Below are positions 44,635 through 55,301 of a stretch of 64,000 nucleotides of DNA, piece after piece (the stretch's first letter is position 1; each line of letters begins with the position of its first letter). The DNA is from a virus. Both the position numbers and the translations under genes were made by a program. A model generated the notes under the pieces. That model was not told the DNA's origin and did not search any database. It saw nothing but the letters and a program-made list of their open reading frames with translations. The DNA lies in IMG/VR virus record IMGVR_UViG_3300046616_000603, positions 6,376-70,375 of that record. One strand, given 5' to 3'.

Positions 44635-45008
44635 ACTGGCTGGGCCGAGACACGGTGCGCGCGCCGCACCTCTTGCTCTGCTTGTCCGAAAAGGAGTACC
44701 TGCGCGCAGCGAAGCATTGCGGGTTGGAGCAGCCGTCATCATGGCTCGGCGCCGCAGCAGCAGGCACGTGCCACACATGGGAGAAGGGCGGGAAGTTGAT
44801 TTGCATCGTTTGCATACGCCCACCCGGCGAAGGTGCCGACCCGATTCAAGTGGCGTGCTCGCTTGTTCACGAAGCTGTGCACGTTTTTCAGGAGCTGTGC
44901 CAAAGCATCGGCGAAGCCAGTCCCTCGTCCGAATTTGAGGCGTATTCGATTGAACGTATAAGCGAGCAGCTGATGCGCGAGTTCCTGCGTCGAATGGAGG
45001 CTTCGTGA
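44631..45008 (+). CDS. Small HExxH-motif protein
   Basis: LVHEAVHVFQ...SEFEAYSIE; coupled on both sides. Confidence 0.65.
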   Translation: MNWLGRDTVRAPHLLLCLSEKEYLRAAKHCGLEQPSSWLGAAAAGTCHTWEKGGKLICIVCIRPPGEGADPIQVACSLVHEAVHVFQELCQSIGEASPSSEFEAYSIERISEQLMREFLRRMEAS

Positions 45009-45388
45009 CCGACTACCTCGCCAAAGCAAAAAATGCTGACAAGACCTTTCGCCGCTATGGCCAGCTGCTGACTCTGACGTTCAAGCAGCCCGGCACCTAC
45101 GTCGGCGGCGCGGTCGTACCGGGCACGTCCGTCACCAAGCGCGCATGGGGCATCGAGACCGGTGTCACCGCGCACGACCTGGGCGTCGGGACGATCAACG
45201 GCACGCTGATCGAGTCTGGCGACCGCAAGATCCTCATGTCTGCATTCGACGATAGCGGCGCGGCGCTGCCGGAGATGAAAGAGGACGACCTGGTGCTGGC
45301 CGGTGGCGTGACCTACAAGGTCAAGAACGTCGACAAGGTAGCGCCGGCCGGCGTGGTCGTCATGTGGCAGTTGGTAGGCCGGATCTGA
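45005..45388 (+). CDS. Head closure/neck protein
   Basis: INGTLIESGDRKI...VAPAGVVVMWQL; position. Confidence 0.75.
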   Translation: MTDYLAKAKNADKTFRRYGQLLTLTFKQPGTYVGGAVVPGTSVTKRAWGIETGVTAHDLGVGTINGTLIESGDRKILMSAFDDSGAALPEMKEDDLVLAGGVTYKVKNVDKVAPAGVVVMWQLVGRI

Positions 45389-45978
45389 TGGCTTCGTTTT
45401 CGTTGTTTATCGCCGAATGGTGCAAGAAGGTCGGTGGTGACCTTGATACCGTCGTGCGCTACTGCGGCATGGCCGTCGACGGCAAGCTGATGTACCGCTC
45501 GCCAGTCGGTGATCCAACAACGTGGAAGGTCAATCCGAACAAACCAAAGGTGTTCGGCAAATTCGGCGCGGCCGGGCCGAAGGCAAACTGGCAACTGGGC
45601 TTCATGAGCAAGGGCGCGTCGACGTATCGAATGTCCGGCGCCGGCTACGTGGGCGGCCGCTTCCGTGGTGCTTGGATGGTCTCCATCGGAGCTCCGGACA
45701 ATTCGCTCGGCACGGTGCTGGACCCGAGCGGAAATATCACGTTGGTGGCGCACAGGGCGATTCTCGCAGCGGCGAAGGCCGGCGACGTGATCCACTTCCG
45801 CAACAACATGCCCTATGCGGAACGGCTGGAAAAGGGCTGGTCGAAGCAGGCGCCGCTGGGCATCGTCGCCCTGACCGTGGTCGAGTGGCGCACCATCGTT
45901 GACAACGTCGTGAACGGAATCCGCAGCGGTACCAGCGCCGAGGACTTCGCGCAGGGCTTCAAGACTTATTCGCTATGA
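45388..45978 (+). CDS. HK97 gp10-like tail completion protein
   Basis: SPVGDP...GGRFRGAW...NNMPYAERLEKGWSKQAPLG. Confidence 0.82.
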   Translation: MASFSLFIAEWCKKVGGDLDTVVRYCGMAVDGKLMYRSPVGDPTTWKVNPNKPKVFGKFGAAGPKANWQLGFMSKGASTYRMSGAGYVGGRFRGAWMVSIGAPDNSLGTVLDPSGNITLVAHRAILAAAKAGDVIHFRNNMPYAERLEKGWSKQAPLGIVALTVVEWRTIVDNVVNGIRSGTSAEDFAQGFKTYSL

Positions 45979-46388
45979 GCATCCCAAACATCCGAAACGC
46001 GCTGGAATATGCGCTGGCCAGCATCATGCCGACCATCGATATCGTGCACGAGAACGGCGAACGGTACGAGCCGCAAGATGGCGTGCCGTACTGCGAGGCC
46101 TACTTGCTCGTGGCCGACCCAAGCAATCCGGTGGTGGGCCAAGCCTTCCACCGAGAGCTGGGAATCTTCCAGATCAACCTTCAATACCCGCTCTTGGCCG
46201 GCACACTCGAATGCGCCATGCGCGCTGAACAGCTGCGTGCGGTGTTCAATCGCGGCGCAACCTTCATCGATGGCGGCGTGACAGTCCAGATCGACAAAAC
46301 GCCAGAGATCGCCGCCGGCGCGCCGGAAGAGGGGCGCTGGCGCCAGACCGTGCGCATCCGCTGGCACGCCGACATTTTCACCGCATAA
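45975..46388 (+). CDS. Tail terminator protein
   Basis: HEN...GIFQINLQYP...FNRG; position before tail tube. Confidence 0.78.
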   Translation: MSIPNIRNALEYALASIMPTIDIVHENGERYEPQDGVPYCEAYLLVADPSNPVVGQAFHRELGIFQINLQYPLLAGTLECAMRAEQLRAVFNRGATFIDGGVTVQIDKTPEIAAGAPEEGRWRQTVRIRWHADIFTA

Positions 46389-46396
46389 CCACCGAC

Positions 46397-46446
46397 CGTC
46401 GAAAGGCGGTTTTTTCATTCCGGCTCGCCATGTGCGGGCCTTTTTT
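46397..46446 (+). terminator. Tandem hairpins with T tails before the tail tube gene
   Basis: ACCGTC-GAAA-GGCGGTTTTTT and GGCTCGC-CATGT-GCGGGCCTTTTTT. Confidence 0.65.
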
Positions 46447-46464
46447 ATTTCCGAAAGGCTTCAC

Positions 46465-47670
46465 ATGTCCGCTACTGCAAATGGTATTAACACCCTGCTG
46501 GTGCTGGCCAAGCAATCTGCCGAAGGCACCAAGGCGCTGGCCGCCGGCGGCCAGATCTATCCGAACGTCACCTCGACTTTCGACACCGACGCTGACAAGT
46601 ACTCGAGCAACGAGAAAGACCCGAGCCAGCAGCAGGGTGACACCCGCCTGGGCAACTTCCGCACCAGTGGCGACCTGAAAGGCGAGGCTTCGTGCGGCAC
46701 CTATGCCATCCTGATGGCCGCGTTGATGCGACGTGACTTCACGTTGGGCGGCAGTACGGCGGCGGCCACGACCATCGCGGCGGTTGCCGATGGCTTTACC
46801 CGCACCGCCGGTTCGTTCCTGGCGGACGGGCACCGGGCCGGAACGGTCGTCCGCGTCACTGGCTTCGTTGCACCAGCGCTGGCGAACAACGCGAAGAACT
46901 TCTTCATCACCAGCGCGACGGCGCTGAAACTGACAGGCCAGTATCTGGATGGCAGCACCATCGTCACCAAGGCCGCCGGTGATAACGTCGCCATCGCAGC
47001 CCCGGGCAAGCGCACCTATACCCCGCTGACCGGCCACACCACCGATTTCTTCACCGCTGAGATCCAGCAGCCAGATATTTTGGTCCACCGCACCTTCGTC
47101 GATCAGCTGGTCAGCAAGATGGACATGGCCGTGCAGCCAAACGGCATGACCAGTTGCGACTTTACCTTCATGGGTAAGCGCGAGGATCCAACCACGCCGG
47201 CGGCCTACTTCACCGGGCCCACCGCAGCACCCAATACCGGCAAGTTCTCGGGTGCCACTGCGATGTTGTCGGTAGCAGGCATCCCCTCGCAAATCTGCAC
47301 CGGTATGTCTGTATCGCTGGATGGCCAGGTCAAGATTGACCCGGTCATCGGATCCAAGTACGCAACGGCCGCCTCGCGAGGCAAGGTGCTGGGCACTGGC
47401 CAATTCACCGTGCTGATGCAGGATAGCGCATACATCGACTACTTCAAGTCGGAAACCGAGGTGTCGCTTGCCTACGCGATGGCAGCCAGTAACCTGCCGC
47501 TCGCCGACGTTCTGGCGCTCCAGATGGGGCGCATCAAAATCACTTCCGCCAAGGTAGATGACGGCGAGAAGAACAAGATCGTCACCTGCCAGTTCGACAT
47601 CCTGCGTTACAAGGGCACTGACCTGCAGCACGAGTTGACCACGCTGGCCATCCAGGACACCACTCTGTAA
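46465..47670 (+). CDS. Major tail tube protein
   Basis: 401 aa; YSSNE...QQGDTRLG...GDLKGE; precedes chaperones. Confidence 0.85.
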   Translation: MSATANGINTLLVLAKQSAEGTKALAAGGQIYPNVTSTFDTDADKYSSNEKDPSQQQGDTRLGNFRTSGDLKGEASCGTYAILMAALMRRDFTLGGSTAAATTIAAVADGFTRTAGSFLADGHRAGTVVRVTGFVAPALANNAKNFFITSATALKLTGQYLDGSTIVTKAAGDNVAIAAPGKRTYTPLTGHTTDFFTAEIQQPDILVHRTFVDQLVSKMDMAVQPNGMTSCDFTFMGKREDPTTPAAYFTGPTAAPNTGKFSGATAMLSVAGIPSQICTGMSVSLDGQVKIDPVIGSKYATAASRGKVLGTGQFTVLMQDSAYIDYFKSETEVSLAYAMAASNLPLADVLALQMGRIKITSAKVDDGEKNKIVTCQFDILRYKGTDLQHELTTLAIQDTTL

Positions 47671-47797
47671 TTCACCACCGGCTAGGCCGGCAAATCTCTT
47701 TGGCGCAAGCCATCACCAGCACCGGCCGGTCGCTGTCGCCTTCGCGGGCGCGGCGGCCGGCACGGGCACCTATTCACCCGCGAAGAAAGGAAACACC

Positions 47798-48292
47798 ATG
47801 AACACTGCTCAAACCATCGCCGCCGCTGGCTTCGATATTGCCAACCTGACCGCCACCGACACGGCACCGGTGACCCACAACGTCGACGTACTGTTCGATG
47901 ATGATGGCAATGCCACTGCCGGCTTCACCATCGTTGGCAAGAATAGCCCGGAATACCAGGCTGAAAGCCACGCTGTGCGCGCCGATGCGCATAAGCGGTC
48001 CGCCATCCGCAAGTCCGCAATCGACGTTAAAACCGATGAGGGCGCGAGCAAGCTGGTCGATGTAATCGACAGCAACGCAACTCGCCTGGCGCTGTCTGTC
48101 GTCACCGGCTGGTACGGCTTCACCAGCGCCGGCGTGCCGGTGCCGTTCGATAAGAAGCTGGTGCTGTCGGCGTTCAAGAAGTACCCGACCTGGGAGGACA
48201 AGGTCAACGCCGCGCTGGAGGTTGACTCCAATTTTTTGAAGGTCTCGTCGCCAGCCTCCTCGACTTCGCCAACCACCAGTTCGAACGGCTAA
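47798..48292 (+). CDS. Tail assembly chaperone (G-like)
   Basis: Between tail tube and TMP; slippery site near 3' end. Confidence 0.82.
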   Translation: MNTAQTIAAAGFDIANLTATDTAPVTHNVDVLFDDDGNATAGFTIVGKNSPEYQAESHAVRADAHKRSAIRKSAIDVKTDEGASKLVDVIDSNATRLALSVVTGWYGFTSAGVPVPFDKKLVLSAFKKYPTWEDKVNAALEVDSNFLKVSSPASSTSPTTSSNG

Positions 48293-48594
48293 GCAAGGCC
48301 GCCGACGGTAGCTCGGTCGGCGAGCACGTCGACGCCGCGAAGCGCCACCCGCTCTACAAAGCTCCCGAGGAGCCGGTGGCGCCGGATCTGCCGCACGAAA
48401 TCGCCTACATCTGGGAGTGGTTCAAAAAGCTCAGCCGAAAACGGCAGAGTGGAATGGGGCCGCTCCCAATCTCCAGTGAAGAAGTACTCGCGTGGTGCGC
48501 GCGTCAACGCGTCTCCTTCGAGCCGCACGAGCACGACATTCTCGACAGGCTCGACGACCTGTACCTGTCGCACCAATACAAGAAGGATAAGTGA
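48232..48594 (+). CDS. Frameshifted chaperone extension (GT-like) via -1 slip at T TTT TTG (48232-48238)
   Basis: The -1 frame FEGLVASLLDFANHQF...IWEWFKKLSRKRQSGMGPLPI is open to 48594. Confidence 0.78.
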   Translation, partial: FFEGLVASLLDFANHQFERLSKAADGSSVGEHVDAAKRHPLYKAPEEPVAPDLPHEIAYIWEWFKKLSRKRQSGMGPLPISSEEVLAWCARQRVSFEPHEHDILDRLDDLYLSHQYKKDK

Positions 48595-51500
48595 TGCCTG
48601 ATATCGCCAGCCTTGGTCTACAAATCGACACCACTCAAGTGGTCGATGGCAAGAAGGCGCTCGACCAGTTCGCAGACTCGAGCGTCAAAGCGGACCAAGG
48701 CGCGCGCTCGCTCAACGGGCAGATGAACGACACGGCGAAGATCATGCGTGCGCAAGCGGCCGAGGCGCGCGCGACTGCAGCCGCAAACACCGCGCTGGGC
48801 ACTTCGAGTGGCACAGCCAGCGTTGGTGCCCAGATCTTCATCGAGAAGTTGCAGGACCAGGTCGCGGTGCTGGGCATGAGTCGTTCGCAGCTCGCTGCAT
48901 ACCAAGCCGCGCAACTGGGTGTTTCGAAGGAGGCTGAGGCCTCCGTGGCAAAGCTGAAAGCGTACGAGGATGCCATCAAGGCCGCTGCCGACGCGAAGGC
49001 TGAGGCCGCAAAGCAGGCCAACATCCTGACGGACTCCATCAAGCTGCTCGTCGCCGGCTATGGCGCGCTCAAGTTGGGTGAGTATGTCAAGGATGCCGCG
49101 CTGCTGGCCGCCCGGTACGAGACGCTAGGCGTGGTCACCGAAGTGGTGGGCCGCAACGCCGGCTACACCAAGGCCCAGATGGACACTGCGACCGAGGCTA
49201 TCGCAGCTCAGGGCATTACGATGCTGGAATCCCGCCAGTCGGCTATCAAGTTGGTGCAGGCGCACGTGGACCTAAAAAATGCGACAGGCCTGGCCAGGAT
49301 CGCACAGGACGCCGCCGTCATCGGCAACATCAACTCCTCGGAAGCGTTTGATCGTCTGGTCAACGGTATTTCGCGTGGGAACGTGCTGATCTTACGAAAT
49401 ATCGGCATCAACGTGAACTTGCAGTCAGCCTACCAGCAAATGGCAGACTCAATCGGCAAAACCACCAAGGAACTCACCGAGAACGAGCGAGTGCAAGCGC
49501 GCACCAATGCGGTCTTCGAACATGGGACTGATATCGCCGGCACTTACACGGCAGCGATGGATACTGCTGGCAAGCAGCTGAAATCGATGCAGCGCTATAC
49601 GGAAGACCTGAAGACTGTCATCGGAGAGACTTTCAACGAGACGCTGACCATCGCCGTGATGGCGTTGACCGACGGCCTGAAGGATGCCAACAAAGAAGTA
49701 TCCGAACTGTCGAAGAATCAGCAGCTGCATGAGTGGGGGCGTTCGCTTGCCGACGTGTTTATCTGGGTCGCCAACAAGGTCGGAAATGCTACGACCCTTC
49801 TGCAACAGGCGTGGTCTTGGGCAGATCACAAATCCGCTCGCGACGACATCAATGCAAAGTACGACGGGCAGGTCGAGGAAGCACTCAGCCAAGGCGGAAT
49901 GTTTGACGTGTCGAAGCGGAATGAGGCGCAGCGACGCATTAACGCCGAGCGTGCTGCGGCGCTTGCCGAGGAGGAGGTGGCGTACGTCACGCATCAGGCC
50001 AAGCTATCGACACAGTATGATGCCTTCGCCAAAGCAGGTGCAGAGCGAGAAGCAACGATCGCCGCCAAGCACAAGGCAGAGACCGAAGCGCGCCTCAAGA
50101 TCGACCAGGACTATTCGAAAGCCGCGTCCGACATTCTGTTGAAGTCCGCCGCTCAAGGTGCTGCTGCGCAAGAGGCGGCACGTCAGAAAGTGATCGCGTT
50201 GTATAGCGCCACGTATGTGGGCACGCCTACTTTTCGCGACACCGAGGGCCGGGAGCCGAAACCGAAGGTTGACAAGGTCGCCAGCACCGAGCTGGATGAT
50301 CGCCTGGCGCGCATTCAGGATGAGGTGAACGCCGATAAGGAAATGTACGAGACCATGCAGCGCATGGAGGATATGTTCCATGCTGCTGGCAAGATGGGTG
50401 ATGAGGAGTACTATCAACTCAAGCGCGATCACATCGACGCCGCACTCAAGGATCAGGTCTACGGCTACAACAAACAGATCGCCGAGCTGAAGGCCTACCA
50501 AAATGGCACGGAGGCCGAAGCGGCGAAGCACGCTAAGCAGATCAGCGATATCGAGGCGAAGCGCGCAGCTGCTGGTGTCAAGGCTCAAGACGAGCTCAGC
50601 CTGTTGGATGCGAAGGAATTCTTGCGCAAGGACGCCGTTGCCGCTGCTTCGGGCGCTGCGGCCAACAAGTACCTCGCCGGTCTCGATCAAGAAGCCAAGA
50701 AACTCGAGGATGCGAACGCCGCGCATGAGACCTCTCGCGGCGCTGTCGAACGGGAGACTATCGCACGACTGGACTTGGCTATCGCCTACCAGAAGCAGTT
50801 CATCGCCGAGCAGGATCCCGCCAAGGCTACAGCCGAGGAGATCGCGCAGGGCCCGGCTGTTCTCAAGTACCTGGAAGACGTGCGCGCCGCGCGTGCGCGC
50901 ATTGCCGCCGGCCTCGACGTACAGCAGTCCATCCAGTACAAGGACAAGGCGGCCGACCTGGCTATCAAGGACTGGCAGCGCGCCGGTCAGACAATTTCGG
51001 AGGGCTTGACCGACGCCTTCGGCAAGGCCGGCAAGGCGGCTGGCGATATGTTTAAGGCCTACGCCCAAGGCATGGAAGGCCAACTCCGCGCCCAGAAGGA
51101 ACTGATTGCAGCCAAGAAGCTGGCTAACGATGACCCTCAGAAAATCAACGAGATCAACCGCGCCCAGGTCAGCGGTGCACAAGCCCAGATCAAGTCGTAC
51201 GCCGACATGACTACTGCTGCGCAGGGCTTCTTTGCCGAAGGCTCGCGCGGCTACCAAGCGATGCACGCGGCGTCGGTCTTGCTGCACAGCGCCGAGGTCG
51301 CCCTCAGCCTTATCAAGGGCGTCAATGCCGTGCTGACGCAGGGCGAAGGCGATCCATACTCGGCGTTCGCCCGCATGGCCGCGATGGCCGCGATCGTGAC
51401 CGGCCTCGGGGTGGCGCTGAGCGGTGGTGGCGGGGGTGGTGGTGGGCAGTCGGCCGCCGACGTCCAGAAGGCGCAAGGCACTGGGACGGTCTTCGGCGAC

Positions 51501-53762
51501 ACCTCGGCCAAGTCGGATTCGATTCGCCGCTCGATCGAGCAGCTGACCACGAACTCCAACGATATGCTGCCGATTAATCAGGGCATGCTGAATGCGCTTC
51601 AGGCTATCGAGTCGGCTATGACTGGGTTGACGAATCTGATCGTTCGCACTCCAGGCCTGACCGACGGTTCGAACTTTGGCGTGCAAGAAGGCGTCACCGG
51701 CATTGGCAACGGTTTGACCAGCGCTGTGACGAAACTGACTTCGCTCGGAGTGGGGGGCTGGACTGAATCACTGTCGAACGGACTTGCCAAGTTATGGGGC
51801 AAGACGACGCAAACGGTGATTGACTCCGGCTTGCAGTACGGCGGGAGCGTTCGCGGCCTGCAGCAGGGCCAGGGCTTTGAGCAGTATGCGAGCATCGACA
51901 CCACTAAGTCGAGCTTCTTCGGTCTGTCAAAAAAGACCAGCAACCGCGTCGAAGTTCAGGGCCTGAACGGCGAGCTGTCGAACCAGTTCGGTCTGATCTT
52001 TACCAACTTGGACAAAGCGTTGCAATCTGCTGCCACCGCGATGGGCGGATCGGCTGCCGACGTCACCAAGGTGCTGGACAGCCTGACGCTGGAAAGCACG
52101 AAGGTGTCGCTCAAGGGACTGACCGGCACTGCGCTGACCGACGCCTTGAACTCCGTCATCTCGAAGTCGATGGACGAGATCGCGCAGGCGGCATTCCCTC
52201 AGTTGGACCAGTTCCGTCAGGTTGGCGAAGGGTACGCTGAGACTGTGATGCGCATCGCCAGCGACTACTCGAAGCTCGATGCGATCTTGACCGCCTCTGG
52301 CACGACCTTCGGCTCCACCGGCATGGCAAGCATCGCCGCGCGGGAACGATTGATCGAACTCGCGGGCGGCATCGACCAACTGGCCAGCCAGGCCAATGCC
52401 TTCAACACGAATTTCCTCACGAAGGCGGAGCAACTGGCGCCGGTGCAGAAGTACGTCACCGACCAGCTGGCCGCGATGGGTCTGCAAAGCCTCGACACCC
52501 GTGACAAGTTCAAGGAGTACGTGCTGGGCCTGGCCAACTCTGGCGCACTCGCAACCGAGGCCGGCGCGCAGCAATACACCGCGCTGCTCGCGCTTGCCGA
52601 GGCATTCGCGAAGACGCATGCTGCGACCGAGGACTTGACCAAGTCGGAGCAGGAGATTGCCGACGAGCGCAAGGACTTGCAGCAGCAGTACGATGAGTTG
52701 ACGCTCAATTCGGTCGACCTGTACAACAAGCAACGTCTGGCCATCGATGCGTCCAATCGCGCCATCGCCGACCAGGTGCAAGCGCTGACGAGGTTCAACA
52801 GCGCCCAAGATGCTGCCCAAGGCGCGTATGAGAAGGAGCGCTCCTCGTTGCAATCGATCATCGATAAGCGGCTGCAAGAAGCGGACGCGACGCAGAAAGT
52901 GATTGATGGCCTGAAGCTGGGCGATCTGTCCACGCTGTCGCCGGAGCAGAAGTACCTCGAGGCGCAGCGCCAGTTTGACGCCGCAAGCACCGCCGAAGCG
53001 AAGAATGCCGCAGCACAAACCCTTCTGACTGCATCGCGAACCTACAACGGCTCGACCGACGCGTACTCGAAAGACTACGCCAAGGTGCAGGGTATCCTGG
53101 CCACGCAGCTGGCCTCGCAGAAGTCCGCTGCCACCATCGCGCAGCAGCAGCTCGCGGCGCTGGACAAGCTGGCGGGTGATGTTCTCGGTCTGGATACCAG
53201 TGCCGACGACATGGCGAAGGCTGTGCGTGATTTCCAGAAAACCGTGCTGGAACTTGGTGCTGCGATGATTGCACTAGCTAGCGCGAACGCGGTTGCTGGC
53301 AAGCCGGATACCGGGAACCTCGGCACCAAAGGAACCAAGGCAATCGACGATGCGCTCAGTGGTATTTACAAGGCGGAGTTCGGCCGTGATGCGGATGCCG
53401 CCGGCCTGGCATTCTGGGAGCAGCAGGTGAAAAATGGCGCCACCTACGACCAGGTGGTGACGGCTTTCCGGGCTTCCGATGAGTACAAGGCTATCCACGG
53501 CTCGCACGCGAACGGTTTGGAGTACGTGCCCTTCGACGGCTACCGGGCGGAGTTGCACCGTGGTGAGCGAGTCCAGACGGCGTCTCAAGTCGTCCAGGGG
53601 GACAAGAACGGCGCCGAAACCGTAGCGTTGCTGCGCGAGGTGATCACGGAATTGCGAGCCGACAAGACCCAGCGTGGCGCTGTGGGCGTTGAGACTTTGA
53701 AGAAGCTCGATTTGCTGGCTGCGGAAAACGCGAAGCTGAAGCGCGAACTGCAAAGGGCGTAA
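48594..53762 (+). CDS. Tape measure protein with C-terminal DUF4214-like domain
   Basis: About 1720 aa, Ala-rich helical; IYKAEFGRDADAAGLAFW; GSHANGLEYVPFDGYRAELHRGERV. Confidence 0.92.
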   Translation: MPDIASLGLQIDTTQVVDGKKALDQFADSSVKADQGARSLNGQMNDTAKIMRAQAAEARATAAANTALGTSSGTASVGAQIFIEKLQDQVAVLGMSRSQLAAYQAAQLGVSKEAEASVAKLKAYEDAIKAAADAKAEAAKQANILTDSIKLLVAGYGALKLGEYVKDAALLAARYETLGVVTEVVGRNAGYTKAQMDTATEAIAAQGITMLESRQSAIKLVQAHVDLKNATGLARIAQDAAVIGNINSSEAFDRLVNGISRGNVLILRNIGINVNLQSAYQQMADSIGKTTKELTENERVQARTNAVFEHGTDIAGTYTAAMDTAGKQLKSMQRYTEDLKTVIGETFNETLTIAVMALTDGLKDANKEVSELSKNQQLHEWGRSLADVFIWVANKVGNATTLLQQAWSWADHKSARDDINAKYDGQVEEALSQGGMFDVSKRNEAQRRINAERAAALAEEEVAYVTHQAKLSTQYDAFAKAGAEREATIAAKHKAETEARLKIDQDYSKAASDILLKSAAQGAAAQEAARQKVIALYSATYVGTPTFRDTEGREPKPKVDKVASTELDDRLARIQDEVNADKEMYETMQRMEDMFHAAGKMGDEEYYQLKRDHIDAALKDQVYGYNKQIAELKAYQNGTEAEAAKHAKQISDIEAKRAAAGVKAQDELSLLDAKEFLRKDAVAAASGAAANKYLAGLDQEAKKLEDANAAHETSRGAVERETIARLDLAIAYQKQFIAEQDPAKATAEEIAQGPAVLKYLEDVRAARARIAAGLDVQQSIQYKDKAADLAIKDWQRAGQTISEGLTDAFGKAGKAAGDMFKAYAQGMEGQLRAQKELIAAKKLANDDPQKINEINRAQVSGAQAQIKSYADMTTAAQGFFAEGSRGYQAMHAASVLLHSAEVALSLIKGVNAVLTQGEGDPYSAFARMAAMAAIVTGLGVALSGGGGGGGGQSAADVQKAQGTGTVFGDTSAKSDSIRRSIEQLTTNSNDMLPINQGMLNALQAIESAMTGLTNLIVRTPGLTDGSNFGVQEGVTGIGNGLTSAVTKLTSLGVGGWTESLSNGLAKLWGKTTQTVIDSGLQYGGSVRGLQQGQGFEQYASIDTTKSSFFGLSKKTSNRVEVQGLNGELSNQFGLIFTNLDKALQSAATAMGGSAADVTKVLDSLTLESTKVSLKGLTGTALTDALNSVISKSMDEIAQAAFPQLDQFRQVGEGYAETVMRIASDYSKLDAILTASGTTFGSTGMASIAARERLIELAGGIDQLASQANAFNTNFLTKAEQLAPVQKYVTDQLAAMGLQSLDTRDKFKEYVLGLANSGALATEAGAQQYTALLALAEAFAKTHAATEDLTKSEQEIADERKDLQQQYDELTLNSVDLYNKQRLAIDASNRAIADQVQALTRFNSAQDAAQGAYEKERSSLQSIIDKRLQEADATQKVIDGLKLGDLSTLSPEQKYLEAQRQFDAASTAEAKNAAAQTLLTASRTYNGSTDAYSKDYAKVQGILATQLASQKSAATIAQQQLAALDKLAGDVLGLDTSADDMAKAVRDFQKTVLELGAAMIALASANAVAGKPDTGNLGTKGTKAIDDALSGIYKAEFGRDADAAGLAFWEQQVKNGATYDQVVTAFRASDEYKAIHGSHANGLEYVPFDGYRAELHRGERVQTASQVVQGDKNGAETVALLREVITELRADKTQRGAVGVETLKKLDLLAAENAKLKRELQRA

Positions 53763-53765
53763 GCG

Positions 53766-55298
53766 ATGATCCTGATCGAAATCACGGCCGCCGTCGATGC
53801 TGCCGGTACGCTTGCGACCCTCTACCTATCCGATAGCCACTTCATCACCTCGCCGGCCGACACGCCGGCCAACGTGTCGTTCCTCCAGTACTTGAAGGAT
53901 CCGGGAAGTATTGGCGTGCACGCCTATTCGGATGGCAAGACAACTGGCGGCTCGACGAAGCTGGAGACAGGCGAGATCGTCGTCATCAACAACGGCCGCC
54001 GCTTTGATGAGTGGCTCGATTACGGCTTCGACGGCCGCGCCGTGACCATTCGGTCCGGCGCCGGCGGCCGGTACCCGGAGGACTTCCAGGTGCTGTTCAC
54101 CGGCACGCTGGAAGGGCAGCCCGAGGCGAGCTGGGGACAGATCGTCTTTCGACTGCGGGACAAGCAATACCTCTTCTCCCAGCCGGCGCTGACGACGCGT
54201 TACACCGGTGGCAACGTGCTTCCACAGGGATTCGAAGGCACGGCGGCGGACATTATGGGCAAGGTGAAACCGCGCGTTCACGGCACGGTCTTTAACGTGC
54301 CAGCAGTGCTGGTCAACACGTCCAAGCTGACCTATCAGGTCAACGATAGCGCGGTGTCATCCATCGGAATGGTGTATGACAGCGGCGCGCCACTTTCGGC
54401 CGGAACAACCGATTACCCGACGAAGGAACTGTTGCAGGCATCGACACCAGTAGCCGGCGGCTACAACACCTGCTTAGCCGAGGGATTCTTCCAATTGGCG
54501 GCGACGCCGGCCGGGCTGGTGACTGCGGACGTGGTGCAAGGGGCGAGCGCAGCCGATCGTACGGTTGCGCAGGTTCTTCGCCGGCTGGCCGGGGTGTCGT
54601 TGGTCGCCAGCGAGATCTCTGCGCCGGATGTCGCTGCTCTCGATGCTACCAGTAGCGCTCCTGTCGGTATTTGGCTAGCTGACGAGAGCACTACCATTCA
54701 GTCGGCGATGGACATGGTCGCTGCGAGCATCGGCGCTTGGTTCGGATTTGACGAGCTGGGCGTTCTGCGCATGGGTGTGTTGGCTGAGCCCACCGGCGAG
54801 CCGGTGCTTGATCTTCGGGACTTCCATGCATTGGAAGCGATCGAGCGTAGACCTGCGCGCGACAACAGCGTTCCGGTTTGGCGCATCACTATGAAGTACG
54901 CCCGCATCTGGTCGGTGCAAACCTCTGGGTTGCTTGGATCGGTCGGCGCCGACCGGCGTGCATACCTGGCGCTGGCCTCGCGCACTGTCGTGTCGCCAGA
55001 TAGCGACGTCAAAAAAAAGCACCTGCTGGCGACGGATATGGTGGTCGAGGGACTACTCGTCAGCGCCATTGATGCGCAGGCGGAAGCTGATCGTCAATTG
55101 CAACTTCAGAAAAAGACTCGCGGGATTTTCGACGTCCCGCTTTCGGTCAGTGCGCTGGCCGACAAGTCGGTGTCGTTGATGAGCGTGGTGCGCCTGACGC
55201 TGCCGCGCTTCGACCTCGACTCGGGCAAGTTGTTTCGCGTAATCGGCCGCCGCCTGGAACTGGCAACGAACCAAATTATTCTCACTGTATGGGGTTGA
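53766..55298 (+). CDS. Tail tip/hub protein
   Basis: 510 aa after TMP; GKVKPRVHGTVFNVP. Confidence 0.75.
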   Translation: MILIEITAAVDAAGTLATLYLSDSHFITSPADTPANVSFLQYLKDPGSIGVHAYSDGKTTGGSTKLETGEIVVINNGRRFDEWLDYGFDGRAVTIRSGAGGRYPEDFQVLFTGTLEGQPEASWGQIVFRLRDKQYLFSQPALTTRYTGGNVLPQGFEGTAADIMGKVKPRVHGTVFNVPAVLVNTSKLTYQVNDSAVSSIGMVYDSGAPLSAGTTDYPTKELLQASTPVAGGYNTCLAEGFFQLAATPAGLVTADVVQGASAADRTVAQVLRRLAGVSLVASEISAPDVAALDATSSAPVGIWLADESTTIQSAMDMVAASIGAWFGFDELGVLRMGVLAEPTGEPVLDLRDFHALEAIERRPARDNSVPVWRITMKYARIWSVQTSGLLGSVGADRRAYLALASRTVVSPDSDVKKKHLLATDMVVEGLLVSAIDAQAEADRQLQLQKKTRGIFDVPLSVSALADKSVSLMSVVRLTLPRFDLDSGKLFRVIGRRLELATNQIILTVWG

Positions 55299-55301
55299 TC
55301 G

